Positions 10,043 through 19,813 of a stretch of 64,000 bases of DNA are shown in pieces. The notes below the pieces were generated by a model. It was not told where the DNA came from, did no database searches, and saw only the letters and a list, made by a program, of their open reading frames with translations. The position numbers and the translations under genes were made by a program. The stretch is from assembly GCA_963805085.1 (NCBI GenBank), contig CAWDTA010000002.1, positions 1,248,001 to 1,312,000 on the forward strand, read 5' to 3'. Positions within the stretch are counted from its first letter, which is position 1; each line of letters starts with the position of its first letter. The stretch comes from an uncultured Veillonellaceae bacterium. Its GTDB lineage: Bacteria; Bacillota; Negativicutes; JARBTT01.

Positions 10043-10056
10043 GGAGAGAAGAGCAA

Positions 10057-11088
10057 ATGGCAGTGATTGAATTTGACAACACAAAACATTTGGACATTGT
10101 ATTAATCGGTCGGGCAGCAATTGATTTTAACCCAAATGAGTTGAACCGTACATTAGATAAGGTAAATACTTTTACGAAATATGTGGGCGGTTCACCAGCA
10201 AACATCGCGGTTGGCGTATCAAAGCTTGGTAAAAAAGCTGGTTTCATCGGAGCAGTATCTGATGATCAATTCGGCACATTTGTTGTGGATTACTTTAATG
10301 AAAGAGATATTGATACAACAGGTATCGTAAAAGCAAAGAATGGTGAAAACTTAGGTCTTACTTTTACTGAAATTTCTAGCCCAACGGACAGTCAAATTTT
10401 GATGTATCGTAATGGCGTAGCAGATTTACAAATATCTACAGATGATGTTTCAGAAAATTATATCAAAAACAGCAAAATCTTATTGGTGTCTGGTACTGCA
10501 TTAGCAGCGAGTCCATCAAGAGAAGCCTGCTTCCTTGCTATCAAATATGCAAAAAAGCATGGTGTAAAAGTTATTTTTGATATTGACTATCGTGCGTATA
10601 CTTGGAAATCAAAAGCTGAAATTGGTATTTATTATTCGTTAGTCGGACAAATGAGTGATATCATTATTGGCTCCAGAGAAGAGTTTGAGCTTACTGAAAT
10701 GCTCCCAGAGGGTAACCAAGTACCAAATTATGAAATTGCTGAAAAATATATGAGTTTTGGTAATAAAATTGTCATCATTAAACACGGTAAAAAAGGTTCG
10801 GTCGCCTATAGCGCAGATAAAAAATCTTTTAAGGTGCAATCATTTAATATTAAATTATTAAAATCATTCGGTGGCGGCGATGCTTACGCATCAGCATTTA
10901 TTTACGGTTTACTTGAAGGCTGGAACCTAGATAAAGCTTTAGAATATGCCACAGCACATGCAGCAATGGTGGTTGCAAGTCATAGTTGTTCAGATGCAAT
11001 GCAAAGTGCAGATTCAATTCACGCATTTATTGAAGCACATAAAGATGAAAAGGTTATTACTCCAATTGACTGGAGGGACGAACTATGA
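10057..11088 (+). CDS. iolC: 5-dehydro-2-deoxygluconokinase
   Basis: PfkB family; IGRAAIDFN, KYVGGSPANIA, SFGGGDAY, SHSCSDAM. Confidence 0.95.
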   Translation: MAVIEFDNTKHLDIVLIGRAAIDFNPNELNRTLDKVNTFTKYVGGSPANIAVGVSKLGKKAGFIGAVSDDQFGTFVVDYFNERDIDTTGIVKAKNGENLGLTFTEISSPTDSQILMYRNGVADLQISTDDVSENYIKNSKILLVSGTALAASPSREACFLAIKYAKKHGVKVIFDIDYRAYTWKSKAEIGIYYSLVGQMSDIIIGSREEFELTEMLPEGNQVPNYEIAEKYMSFGNKIVIIKHGKKGSVAYSADKKSFKVQSFNIKLLKSFGGGDAYASAFIYGLLEGWNLDKALEYATAHAAMVVASHSCSDAMQSADSIHAFIEAHKDEKVITPIDWRDEL

Positions 11089-11870
11089 AATTCGGTCGCT
11101 TAGGTGAATTGAAACATGGCTACAATGCAATGACGACTTGTGAAAGTGCAATGCTTATGGATATTGGTTATCAGGTCATGAATGCACAAGAAAAGTTAAC
11201 ATTTAAAGATGATAAAAAAGAAACTGCATTTGTTATTTTGACTGGTGAAGTAATGATTCATTGGCAAAATGAAACGGAAATGATGAAACGGAATTTACTT
11301 TTTGATGATAATCCATACTGCTTACATGTTCCAGCGGGAACTGAGGTTATTGTTCAAGCGAATAACCATGTAGAAGTATTAATACAAAAGACCGAAAATG
11401 AAAGAAACTTTGCTCCTAAGTTCTATAGACCAGAAGATTGTCAATGCGATCAATTTGGTGCTGGAGTATGGAATGGTACTGCTGAACGGACAGTACGGAC
11501 AATATTTGATTATACCAATGCCCCATATTCTAATATGGTAAATGGTGAAGTAATTAATCGTCCAGGTAGATGGTCAGGTTATATTCCACATACACATCCA
11601 CAACCAGAGGTCTATACTTATAAGTTTAATAAACCGCAAGGATTTGGCTGCTCATTTATTGGTGATGATGCTTATAAGATTTCGCATAACAGTTATTCAG
11701 CAATTCCTGGTGGTGATAGTCATCCGCAAGTTACAGCGCCAGGGTATGCAATGTGGTATAGTTGGATGATTCGGCATTTACCAAATGATCCGTGGATAAA
11801 AACAAGAACTGATGATGTAGAACATACGTGGTTATTAGAAAAAAATGTGAAAATATGGGAACCAAAATAA
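11085..11870 (+). CDS. iolB: 5-deoxy-glucuronate isomerase
   Basis: Cupin; GRWSGYIPHTHPQPEVY and HPQVTAPGYAMWY motifs. Confidence 0.92.
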   Translation: MKFGRLGELKHGYNAMTTCESAMLMDIGYQVMNAQEKLTFKDDKKETAFVILTGEVMIHWQNETEMMKRNLLFDDNPYCLHVPAGTEVIVQANNHVEVLIQKTENERNFAPKFYRPEDCQCDQFGAGVWNGTAERTVRTIFDYTNAPYSNMVNGEVINRPGRWSGYIPHTHPQPEVYTYKFNKPQGFGCSFIGDDAYKISHNSYSAIPGGDSHPQVTAPGYAMWYSWMIRHLPNDPWIKTRTDDVEHTWLLEKNVKIWEPK

Positions 11871-11896
11871 AGAGACAAAGAAAGGTGAGGTAAACA

Positions 11897-13828
11897 ATGG
11901 GCTTTGTAAGAATGACTGTTGCACAAGCAGTAGTTAGATTCCTAGACCAACAGTATATCGAAGTGGATGGCAAAAAAAATAAATTTGTCCGTGGTATTTT
12001 TACTATATTTGGTCATGGAAATGTTGTTGGTTTGGGACAGGCTTTAGAAGAACTAGAACACAAATTAGAAGTTTATCAAGGAAAAAATGAACAAGGTATG
12101 GCACATATTGCAACTGGTTTTGCAAAACAGAAGAATCGTCACCAAATCTATGCTTGTACGTCATCCGTAGGTCCTGGAGCGGCAAATATGATTACTGCTG
12201 CCGCGACTGCAACGGCAAATAATATCCCCCTTTTATTACTGCCAGGAGATGTTTTTGCAACCCGTCAGCCAGATCCTGTTTTGCAACAGATTGAGCAAAC
12301 AGATAGTTTGGCGATTTCAACCAATGATGCATTCCAAGCAGTAAGTAAATATTGGGACCGAGTGAGCCGTCCAGAGCAATTGATGACTGCAATGATTAAT
12401 GCTATGAGGGTATTGACCGATCAGGCAAACACTGGAGCAGTGACGATTGCGTTACCACAAGATGTACAAGGCGAAGCTTACGACTTTCCAGAGTATTTCT
12501 TTCAAGAGCGTGTTCACCGAATTGATCGGAGATTACCAGTACAAGCAGCGATTGAGGATGCGGTTAAGATAATTATGCGTAAGAAAAAGCCAATCATTAT
12601 TTGTGGTGGCGGACTGCGATATGCTGAAGCTGGTGAAGAATTAAAAAGCTTTTCTGAGGCCTTTCATATTCCTTATGGTGAGACGCAGGCTGGTAAGAGC
12701 GCGGTCGCTTACGATCATGCATATAACTTAGGTGGAATCGGTGTAACTGGTAACTCGGCGGCAAATGATATAGCGCATCAGGCCGATTTGGTTATTGGGA
12801 TTGGTACGAGATTTACCGATTTTACAACGGGATCAAAAGGTGTATTTGATGCACCGAATGTAGAATTTTTGACAATCAATGTTTCTGATTTTCATGCTAA
12901 TAAATTAGATGCAGTAAAAGTTGTTGCTGATGCAAAAGTTACCTTAAAAAAAATAGAAGAAGAACTGAAAAAAGTAAATTATAAAGCTGCTTATACTGAT
13001 GAAATTAAGTTTGCAAAAGAAAAATGGCAGCTAGAATTAGAACGTTTATATGATGTTAAGTATTGCCCTGATTTTGTACCAGAGGTATCTGGTGATTTTG
13101 ATAAAAGCAAAATGACTGAATATAGAGAATCTTTAAAAACCTGCTTGACCCAAACAGAAGTAATTGGTGTATTTGATCGATTGCTTGACGATGATGCCAT
13201 TGTGGTTGGTGCATCAGGAAGTTTACCTGGATGTTTACAACGTGTATGGCGTCCAAAAAAAGTTGGTGGTTACCATATGGAATACGGTTACTCTTGTATG
13301 GGGTATGAAGTTGCTGCATCTATTGGAGCAAAATTAGCAGAAGAGAATCGTGAAGTGTATGCTTTTGTTGGTGATGGCAGTTATCTCATGCTGCACACGG
13401 AATTGGTAACTAGCATTCAAGAAGGGATAAAAACCAATATTGTTTTACTCGACAATAGTGGTTTTGGCTGTATCAATAATTTACAAATGGGTAATGGTAT
13501 GGGCAGTTTCTATACAGAATTTAGAAAACGTTCAAAAGATGGAAAAGGCAATGGTGCTTTATTGCAAATTGATTTTGCTAAAAATGCCGAGGCTTATGGG
13601 GCAAAGACATATTCCATTCATACGTTAGAAGAATTAGAAGCAGCTATTATAGATGCAAAAAAACAAACGGTATCAACATTATTTGATATAAAGGTATTGC
13701 CAAAAACGATGACCCATGGGTATGGTGCAGATTGGAATGTTGGCTTAGCTGAAATTTCTAGCAATGCTAAGATTAATGCTGCATACCAAAACCGTAGAAG
13801 CTTCTTAGACAAAGCGAGAAAGTACTAA
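11897..13828 (+). CDS. iolD: 3D-(3,5/4)-trihydroxycyclohexane-1,2-dione acylhydrolase
   Basis: [46 protein letters not shown] motif GDGSYLM...DN. Confidence 0.97.
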   Translation: MGFVRMTVAQAVVRFLDQQYIEVDGKKNKFVRGIFTIFGHGNVVGLGQALEELEHKLEVYQGKNEQGMAHIATGFAKQKNRHQIYACTSSVGPGAANMITAAATATANNIPLLLLPGDVFATRQPDPVLQQIEQTDSLAISTNDAFQAVSKYWDRVSRPEQLMTAMINAMRVLTDQANTGAVTIALPQDVQGEAYDFPEYFFQERVHRIDRRLPVQAAIEDAVKIIMRKKKPIIICGGGLRYAEAGEELKSFSEAFHIPYGETQAGKSAVAYDHAYNLGGIGVTGNSAANDIAHQADLVIGIGTRFTDFTTGSKGVFDAPNVEFLTINVSDFHANKLDAVKVVADAKVTLKKIEEELKKVNYKAAYTDEIKFAKEKWQLELERLYDVKYCPDFVPEVSGDFDKSKMTEYRESLKTCLTQTEVIGVFDRLLDDDAIVVGASGSLPGCLQRVWRPKKVGGYHMEYGYSCMGYEVAASIGAKLAEENREVYAFVGDGSYLMLHTELVTSIQEGIKTNIVLLDNSGFGCINNLQMGNGMGSFYTEFRKRSKDGKGNGALLQIDFAKNAEAYGAKTYSIHTLEELEAAIIDAKKQTVSTLFDIKVLPKTMTHGYGADWNVGLAEISSNAKINAAYQNRRSFLDKARKY

Positions 13829-13872
13829 GTTATTCAGAAAGATAATTTATAAATTGAAGGGCGGCTTTTAAA

Positions 13873-14898
13873 ATGTTGAAAATCGGTATTATTGGTGCAG
13901 GTCGTATTGGTAAGGTTCATGGAGAAAGCATTGCAAAATATGTAAAAAATGCCACGGTAAAAGCAATTGCTGATCCATTTCTAAATGATGAAACAAAAGA
14001 ATGGGCCAAGTCTATGGGCATTGAGCATACGTATACGGATTATAAAAAAATTATGAATGATTCTGAAATTGATGCGGTGCTTATTTGTGCTTCAACAGAT
14101 ATGCATTCTCCACTTTCTATAGAAGCAATTCAAGCGGGTAAACATGTTTTTTGTGAAAAACCAATTGATCATGATGTAGAAAAAATCAAAGAGGTTTTAA
14201 ATGTTGTTAAAGCTTCTGATCGGAAATACCAAGTTGGTTTTAACCGCCGTTTTGACCATAATTTTAGAGCTGCACAAGAAGCGGTTGCTGCAGGTAAGAT
14301 TGGTAAACAACAAATTATTAAAATTACTTCTCGTGATCCCGAAGCACCACCAATCAGCTATGTAAAAGTTTCTGGCGGAATGTTCTTAGATATGACAATT
14401 CATGATTTTGATATGGTTAGATTTTTATCTGGCAGTGAAGTTGAAGAAGTATACACTGTAGGCGGAGTTACGGTTGATCCAGCAATTGGTGAAGCGGGTG
14501 ACGTTGACACTGCAATTATCAGCTTAAAACTTGCCAATGGTGCTATGGCTGTGATTGATAACTGTCGTCAAGCTGTATATGGTTATGACCAACGTGCTGA
14601 AGTATTTGGAACAGAGGGAGCAATTCAAATTAGCAATGATAGTGCCTCCAATGCAATTCTTAGTAATAGAGATGGAGTTACTGCTGAAAAACCATTGTAT
14701 TTCTTCTTAGAACGTTATATGCGTGCTTATGCTGATGAAATTGGTGCTTTTGTTGATGCGATTGTTGAAGATAAAGAAGTTATGGTAAATGCAGAGGATG
14801 GTTTAGAACCAGTCATTATCGGCCTAGCTGCTAAAAAATCATTACTTGAAAATAGACCAGTTAAGACTGCTGAAATTAAGCAAGCTTTTGGTTTATAA
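13873..14898 (+). CDS. iolG: myo-inositol 2-dehydrogenase
   Basis: GAGRIG, CEKP, GFNRRFD, TSRDP, DMTIHDFD, YGYDQR. Confidence 0.95.
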   Translation: MLKIGIIGAGRIGKVHGESIAKYVKNATVKAIADPFLNDETKEWAKSMGIEHTYTDYKKIMNDSEIDAVLICASTDMHSPLSIEAIQAGKHVFCEKPIDHDVEKIKEVLNVVKASDRKYQVGFNRRFDHNFRAAQEAVAAGKIGKQQIIKITSRDPEAPPISYVKVSGGMFLDMTIHDFDMVRFLSGSEVEEVYTVGGVTVDPAIGEAGDVDTAIISLKLANGAMAVIDNCRQAVYGYDQRAEVFGTEGAIQISNDSASNAILSNRDGVTAEKPLYFFLERYMRAYADEIGAFVDAIVEDKEVMVNAEDGLEPVIIGLAAKKSLLENRPVKTAEIKQAFGL

Positions 14899-15116
14899 AT
14901 AAAGATTTAGTTTTAGAGATTTTTATGCAATGAGATAATTTACTAAGCAAAGATATATTACTCCCTTGGTAACAAAGTAAATGTCTAGAACGTAAAAATC
15001 TCTAAGCAAATCTATCATTGGTATGACGTTATAATTTATACTCCTAAGCAAAATATAGAAATTATTATTACAGTGTATATGGTTTTATGAAAATAAAGGG
15101 TTGAGGAGCGTAGTTT

Positions 15117-16013
15117 ATGTTAAATATAAATGATATTCATTTGGGGATTGCACCGATTGCTTGGACAAATGATGATATGCCTGACTTAGGCAAAGAAAAT
15201 ACGTTTGAACAATGTATCAGTGAAATGGCTTTGGCTGGATTTACTGGCTGCGAAGTAGGAAATAAATATCCTCGGAATACTAGTGTCTTAAGTAAAGCTT
15301 TGAAAATACGTGGACTAAAAATTGCGAGTGCGTGGTTTAGTTCTTTTTTAACGACAAAACCGTTGCAAGAAACAATAGATGCGTTTATTGAACATCGTGA
15401 TTTTTTATGTGCAATGGGCGCTAAAGTAGTTGTAGTATCTGAACAAGGACACAGTGTTCAAGGGCAAGTAAAAACGCCGATTTTTGCCAAGAAACCATAC
15501 TTTACAGAAGATGAATGGAATAAACTTGCCACAGGGTTAAATAAACTTGGCGAGCTCGCAAAAGAAAAAGACATGAATGTTGTTTACCATCATCATATGG
15601 GAACTGGAGTACAAACAGCGGTAGAAATTGATAAACTAATGGAAATGACAGATCCTGCGTTAGTCTCTTTATTATTTGATAGTGGACATTTAGTTTATTC
15701 AGGAGAAAATCATTTAGCCGTGTTGAGAAAACATGTAGATCGTATCAAACATGTGCATTTAAAAGATATTCGAATCGAAAAAGTACAAGAGGTAAAAGAA
15801 AAACAGTTAAGCTTTCTAGAAGGTGTTAGATTAGGTACATTTACAGTCCCTGGTGATGGTTCAATTGATTTTATGCCAATTTTCGAAATATTAGCAAAAG
15901 CGAGATATCAAGGTTGGTTTGTAGTTGAAGCAGAACAAGATCCTTCCAAAGCAAATCCATTTGAATATGCTCAAAAAGCAAGATGTTATATTAAGAAAAC
16001 AGCAAATTTATAA
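15117..16013 (+). CDS. iolE: myo-inosose-2 dehydratase
   Basis: [35 protein letters not shown]. Confidence 0.97.
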   Translation: MLNINDIHLGIAPIAWTNDDMPDLGKENTFEQCISEMALAGFTGCEVGNKYPRNTSVLSKALKIRGLKIASAWFSSFLTTKPLQETIDAFIEHRDFLCAMGAKVVVVSEQGHSVQGQVKTPIFAKKPYFTEDEWNKLATGLNKLGELAKEKDMNVVYHHHMGTGVQTAVEIDKLMEMTDPALVSLLFDSGHLVYSGENHLAVLRKHVDRIKHVHLKDIRIEKVQEVKEKQLSFLEGVRLGTFTVPGDGSIDFMPIFEILAKARYQGWFVVEAEQDPSKANPFEYAQKARCYIKKTANL

Positions 16014-16125
16014 AAAACAGAGTATTCCAATAATTGTATTTAATGGTTTCTAATTGATGAAGAAAAACAGCATATTAAAGATGAATCACTGATCAAACAT
16101 ATATTTAATAGTGTAAATTGAAGGA

Positions 16126-17502
16126 GTGAAAATAATGAATATTTTAAAATCGTTTTTGACAGGAGCAGACAAATCACGCATTACTGACCCTGCAGCTATA
16201 AAACGTATGTTTACAACCGCTCGCTGGCAGGTAATGACCTCGATGATTATTGGCTATGGTATGTATTATGTAGTAAAAATGACCTTGGGTGTAGCGAAAA
16301 AGCCTATGATGGAAGCCGGATTTACTGCTACAGAATTAGGGCAAATTGGTGCAGGATTACTTATTGCGTATGCTCTTGGTAAATTTGTTCATGGTTTCCT
16401 AGGTGACCGCATTAATGTTAAAAAGCTAGTGCCTACGGGCTTACTTGGCTGTGCTATTGTAAATATTATTTTAGGATTTACCACATCTTTTTATGTATTT
16501 TTGATCCTTTGGTTTATTAACGGCTGGTTTCAGTCTATGGGTTCTGCGCCATGTATCGTTTCAATAACGCAGTGGTTTTCTAAAAAAGAAGTAGCAACGC
16601 AATATGGTGTATTCAGTATTGCACATTATCTTGGTGAAGGCGCAACTTATATTATTTCGGCTTGGTTGATTGTACATTATGGCTGGCAGTCGGCATTCTG
16701 GTTCCCAGGAATTTTGTGCGTAGTAATGGCTTACCTAATGTATAAATTTATGTGGGATCGCCCTCAGGCATATGGTTTACCTACCGCTAATGAATTTAAA
16801 GGTGAAGTAGAAGAGGTTAAGAAAGAAAAAGTTAAGACTACGAAGGAAGCACAATTAGAGGTTATTAAAAACCCATTTGTTTGGTTAATTGCTTTAAGTG
16901 CCGCTTTCATGGGTATTGCACGTTATTCTTTGAGCAGTTGGGGCGTAATTTTCCTTCAAGAAAGTAAGATGTATAGTTTAGTGGCCGCTGGCAGTATTAT
17001 GGCTCTCAGTCCGCTCATGGGTGGATTAGGTTCTTTTCTTTCAGGTTATATTTCTGATAAAATTTTCAAATCACACCATGCTTTAACTACAATTTTCTTT
17101 GGACTAGTTATGCTTGGCGGACTTGTAGGTTTTTGCTATACACCTCCCGGAAATCAACTGCTGGATATGATCTGGATTTCAGTCTTTGGCTTTGGGCTTG
17201 GCGTTATCCTATGCTTTGTTGGTGGAATGCTGGCAGTCGATCTTTGCTCGCAAAAGGCCGCTGGGGCAGCAATGGGAACAGTCGGCTTGTTAGCTTATGC
17301 CGGTGCAGCTTTGCAGGATATTGCAAACGGCTGGCTGATGGATATCAGTAAAATTATGGTAGATGGTAAAGCAGTATATAATTTTGATGTGATTAATATG
17401 TTCTGGATTGGATCAGTTGCTATTATGATAGTCTTAATTGTTCCTTGTTTATGGGCCAAGAAGAAAAATACTCCAGAATCTACTACTGATGTTAATGGCT
17501 AA
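16126..17502 (+). CDS. MFS transporter, OPA (GlpT/UhpT/PgtP) family
   Basis: GYGMYYVVK, YALGKF, NGWFQSMGSAPC, AHYLG, ARYSLSSW; about 12 TM. Start may be ATG at 16135. Confidence 0.88.
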   Translation: MKIMNILKSFLTGADKSRITDPAAIKRMFTTARWQVMTSMIIGYGMYYVVKMTLGVAKKPMMEAGFTATELGQIGAGLLIAYALGKFVHGFLGDRINVKKLVPTGLLGCAIVNIILGFTTSFYVFLILWFINGWFQSMGSAPCIVSITQWFSKKEVATQYGVFSIAHYLGEGATYIISAWLIVHYGWQSAFWFPGILCVVMAYLMYKFMWDRPQAYGLPTANEFKGEVEEVKKEKVKTTKEAQLEVIKNPFVWLIALSAAFMGIARYSLSSWGVIFLQESKMYSLVAAGSIMALSPLMGGLGSFLSGYISDKIFKSHHALTTIFFGLVMLGGLVGFCYTPPGNQLLDMIWISVFGFGLGVILCFVGGMLAVDLCSQKAAGAAMGTVGLLAYAGAALQDIANGWLMDISKIMVDGKAVYNFDVINMFWIGSVAIMIVLIVPCLWAKKKNTPESTTDVNG

Positions 17503-17541
17503 TAAGCCCCGTAATCTATCGTAAATATTTGTGCTGATGCA

Positions 17542-17581
17542 GATGTAATAAATTACAGAATATTCTGTAATTTATTACATC
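17542..17581. repeat. 40-bp perfect palindrome between MFS and PHP genes
   Basis: GATGTAATAAATTACAGAAT|ATTCTGTAATTTATTACATC. Confidence 0.9.
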
Positions 17582-17695
17582 ATAAGCATTTAATTAGAAA
17601 TAAGTTCGATAAGCATATTTATTAAATTAAATATTTTTCGTTACTTAACAGTGACAGGGCAGAGGGTTAAATCAAACACATAAGGAGCATATGTT

Positions 17696-18412
17696 ATGGC
17701 AAAATTTATTGCAGATTTACACACACATACAATTTCATGCAGGCATGGTTTTAGTACGGTTACGGAAATTATCAAAGCCGCAGCTGATATTGGATTAGAA
17801 GCAGTTGGCCTCACCGAACATGGACCAGGTTATCCTGGCAGTGTTGGCGATGCATACTTTAATACTTACAGGGATATACCGTCAGAAATGTTTGGCATCA
17901 CTGTTCTAAAAGGTTGTGAGGTTAACATGATGGACTTTTATGGTAAGGTAGATTTGGAACAGTCCCGCATGGCTAAATTGGATATTGTTATTGCCAGTTG
18001 CCACAAAGAATGCACCCCTATAGGCTCTATAGAGGAGAATACAAAAATGTATTTAGGGGCTATTAGGAATCCTTATGTCGACATTATCGGTCATCCTGAT
18101 GCACCTCTTTATCCTATTGACATAGAAAAAGTCGTAAAGGCAGCGGTTAAATATGGGGTCGCCCTGGAAGTTAATAATAGTTCACCAGCGGCGCGTCCCA
18201 GCAGTGAAAAATTATGTGCTGAGATCATCCGCTTAGCAAAAAAATTTGGAGCAAAGCTGGCTGTGGGTTCGGATGCACATTATCATGTAGTTGTTGGCAA
18301 GTTTGATTATGCATATAAAATGATTACAGAAGGTACCTTTCCACTTGATCAAGTTATAAATTCTTCAAAAGATAATTTAATGGCTCATCTTCGCCGGAAT
18401 CGAAAACTTTAA
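17696..18412 (+). CDS. PHP-family phosphatase, YcdX-like (cytoplasmic)
   Basis: DLHTHT..HGFST, LTEHGP, GCEVN, GHPD, EVNNSS, GSDAH; no signal peptide. Confidence 0.88.
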   Translation: MAKFIADLHTHTISCRHGFSTVTEIIKAAADIGLEAVGLTEHGPGYPGSVGDAYFNTYRDIPSEMFGITVLKGCEVNMMDFYGKVDLEQSRMAKLDIVIASCHKECTPIGSIEENTKMYLGAIRNPYVDIIGHPDAPLYPIDIEKVVKAAVKYGVALEVNNSSPAARPSSEKLCAEIIRLAKKFGAKLAVGSDAHYHVVVGKFDYAYKMITEGTFPLDQVINSSKDNLMAHLRRNRKL

Positions 18413-18485
18413 TTGCACTAAAGTTTTCGAAGAATATGCCGATGTGATTCATTAAATCAAAAAAATAAATAGGGAGTTGAATTTA

Positions 18486-19430
18486 ATGAAAAAAGCTTTA
18501 TGGTTTAAGTCTATTTTATCCATTATGATGGCAGTTGCTTTACTTTTCCAATTTACTTTATTTGCATCAGCCGCTGAATCAAATAAAGTAGTTTTAAAAA
18601 TTGACAGGGCCGATGCCGATCAACTGCCAAGAAATTATAGAACGACTGATGATACTTTTCGTGCTACAAAAGATGGACAGTATCCTTCACGCGTTGGTTT
18701 GAAGGATATTCATGCCTCCGCCAGCAGTATTTTTTCAGAAAAAGAATTTGAACAAGTAATATCAAGGGCACACGGCAATGTAATTGTTGTAGACTTACGC
18801 CAGGAATCGCACGGATATCTTAATGGTATGGCTGTTAGCTGGTTTGGTGCTAATAATTGGGGAAATGACGGAAAAGATTTGGAACAAGTTAAAGTTATTG
18901 AAAAAGGCTTACTTGATAAGGCTTTAACAGAAACACCAACAACTATTTATCATTTTGATGATGATAAAAACGTAACCACCGAGTCTTTTCAGATTAATGT
19001 TGAAAACGCACTTACTGAAGAAGAAATGATAAAATCTCATGGGGCAGGCTATTTTCGGTTAGCTTGTTCAGATCATTTCCGTCCCGAAGATGCTGATGTT
19101 GATCGTTTTCTTGAGTTTTATAAATTGCTTCCAAAGGATGCATGGCTACACTTTCATTGCTTTGCGGGTGAAGGACGTACAACTATTTTTATGAATATGT
19201 ATGATATTTTAAAAAATGCAAAAAAAGTAAGCTATGATGATATTGCATTACGACAAGGGTTAATTGGACCAGTTGATATTCGAAATGTACCGGCTTCTAA
19301 AATGAATTGGAAACGTAAAGCCTATATTGAACGTGCTCAATTTGTTAAACATTTTTATGATTTTGTAAAACAAAGTCCGGATAATTTGCCAATGACTTGG
19401 TCGAAATGGGCTAGGCAACATAGTTATTAA
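18486..19430 (+). CDS. Secreted protein-tyrosine-phosphatase-like (cysteine) phytase
   Basis: Signal peptide ending ASA-AE; LPRNYR, VDLRQESHG, general-acid loop SDH, P-loop HCFAGEGRT (C-x5-R). Start moved to ATG 18486 based on SD AGGGAG. Confidence 0.9.
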   Translation: MKKALWFKSILSIMMAVALLFQFTLFASAAESNKVVLKIDRADADQLPRNYRTTDDTFRATKDGQYPSRVGLKDIHASASSIFSEKEFEQVISRAHGNVIVVDLRQESHGYLNGMAVSWFGANNWGNDGKDLEQVKVIEKGLLDKALTETPTTIYHFDDDKNVTTESFQINVENALTEEEMIKSHGAGYFRLACSDHFRPEDADVDRFLEFYKLLPKDAWLHFHCFAGEGRTTIFMNMYDILKNAKKVSYDDIALRQGLIGPVDIRNVPASKMNWKRKAYIERAQFVKHFYDFVKQSPDNLPMTWSKWARQHSY

Positions 19431-19742
19431 TTAGCCACAGTCTTCTTATGCCTGTTGCTTGGGAGAGTGATTTTTGATACAGCGCAGATAAAAATTTAGA
19501 AAATAAACGAATATAAATGAAAAATATGCAGAGGTAATTCATTAATTGTTGAATATTTTGCCTGATCTGATCATGGCTAAAGAAGGATGGGAACAGAAAT
19601 AAAACGCGTCAATTTTGTTAAAATTTTATTATATGACTAGATGGCATAACGTGAAGTTAGCTGTTAATTCATAAATTGGCACCAATGAAATTTATATTTA
19701 CAGACTAAAGTGCTCTAATGAAGTAACAGAATAGGTTTGATG

Positions 19743-19790
19743 AAGATAGACAGTGTAGATAATCTTTATGATGTCTACACTGTCTATCTT
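19743..19790. repeat. Inverted repeat just upstream of the MCP ribosome-binding site
   Basis: AAGATAGACAGTGTAGA ... TCTACACTGTCTATCTT, 17-bp perfect arms. Confidence 0.85.
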
Positions 19791-19813
19791 ATGTAAAAGG
19801 AGAGATATCTATT

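Noticed and set aside
19448-19602. Possible decayed gene fragment (...LLNILPDLIMAKEGWEQK*) between phytase and MCP
   Set aside because: Needs several stops and a frameshift and matches no family I recognise; cannot be supported.
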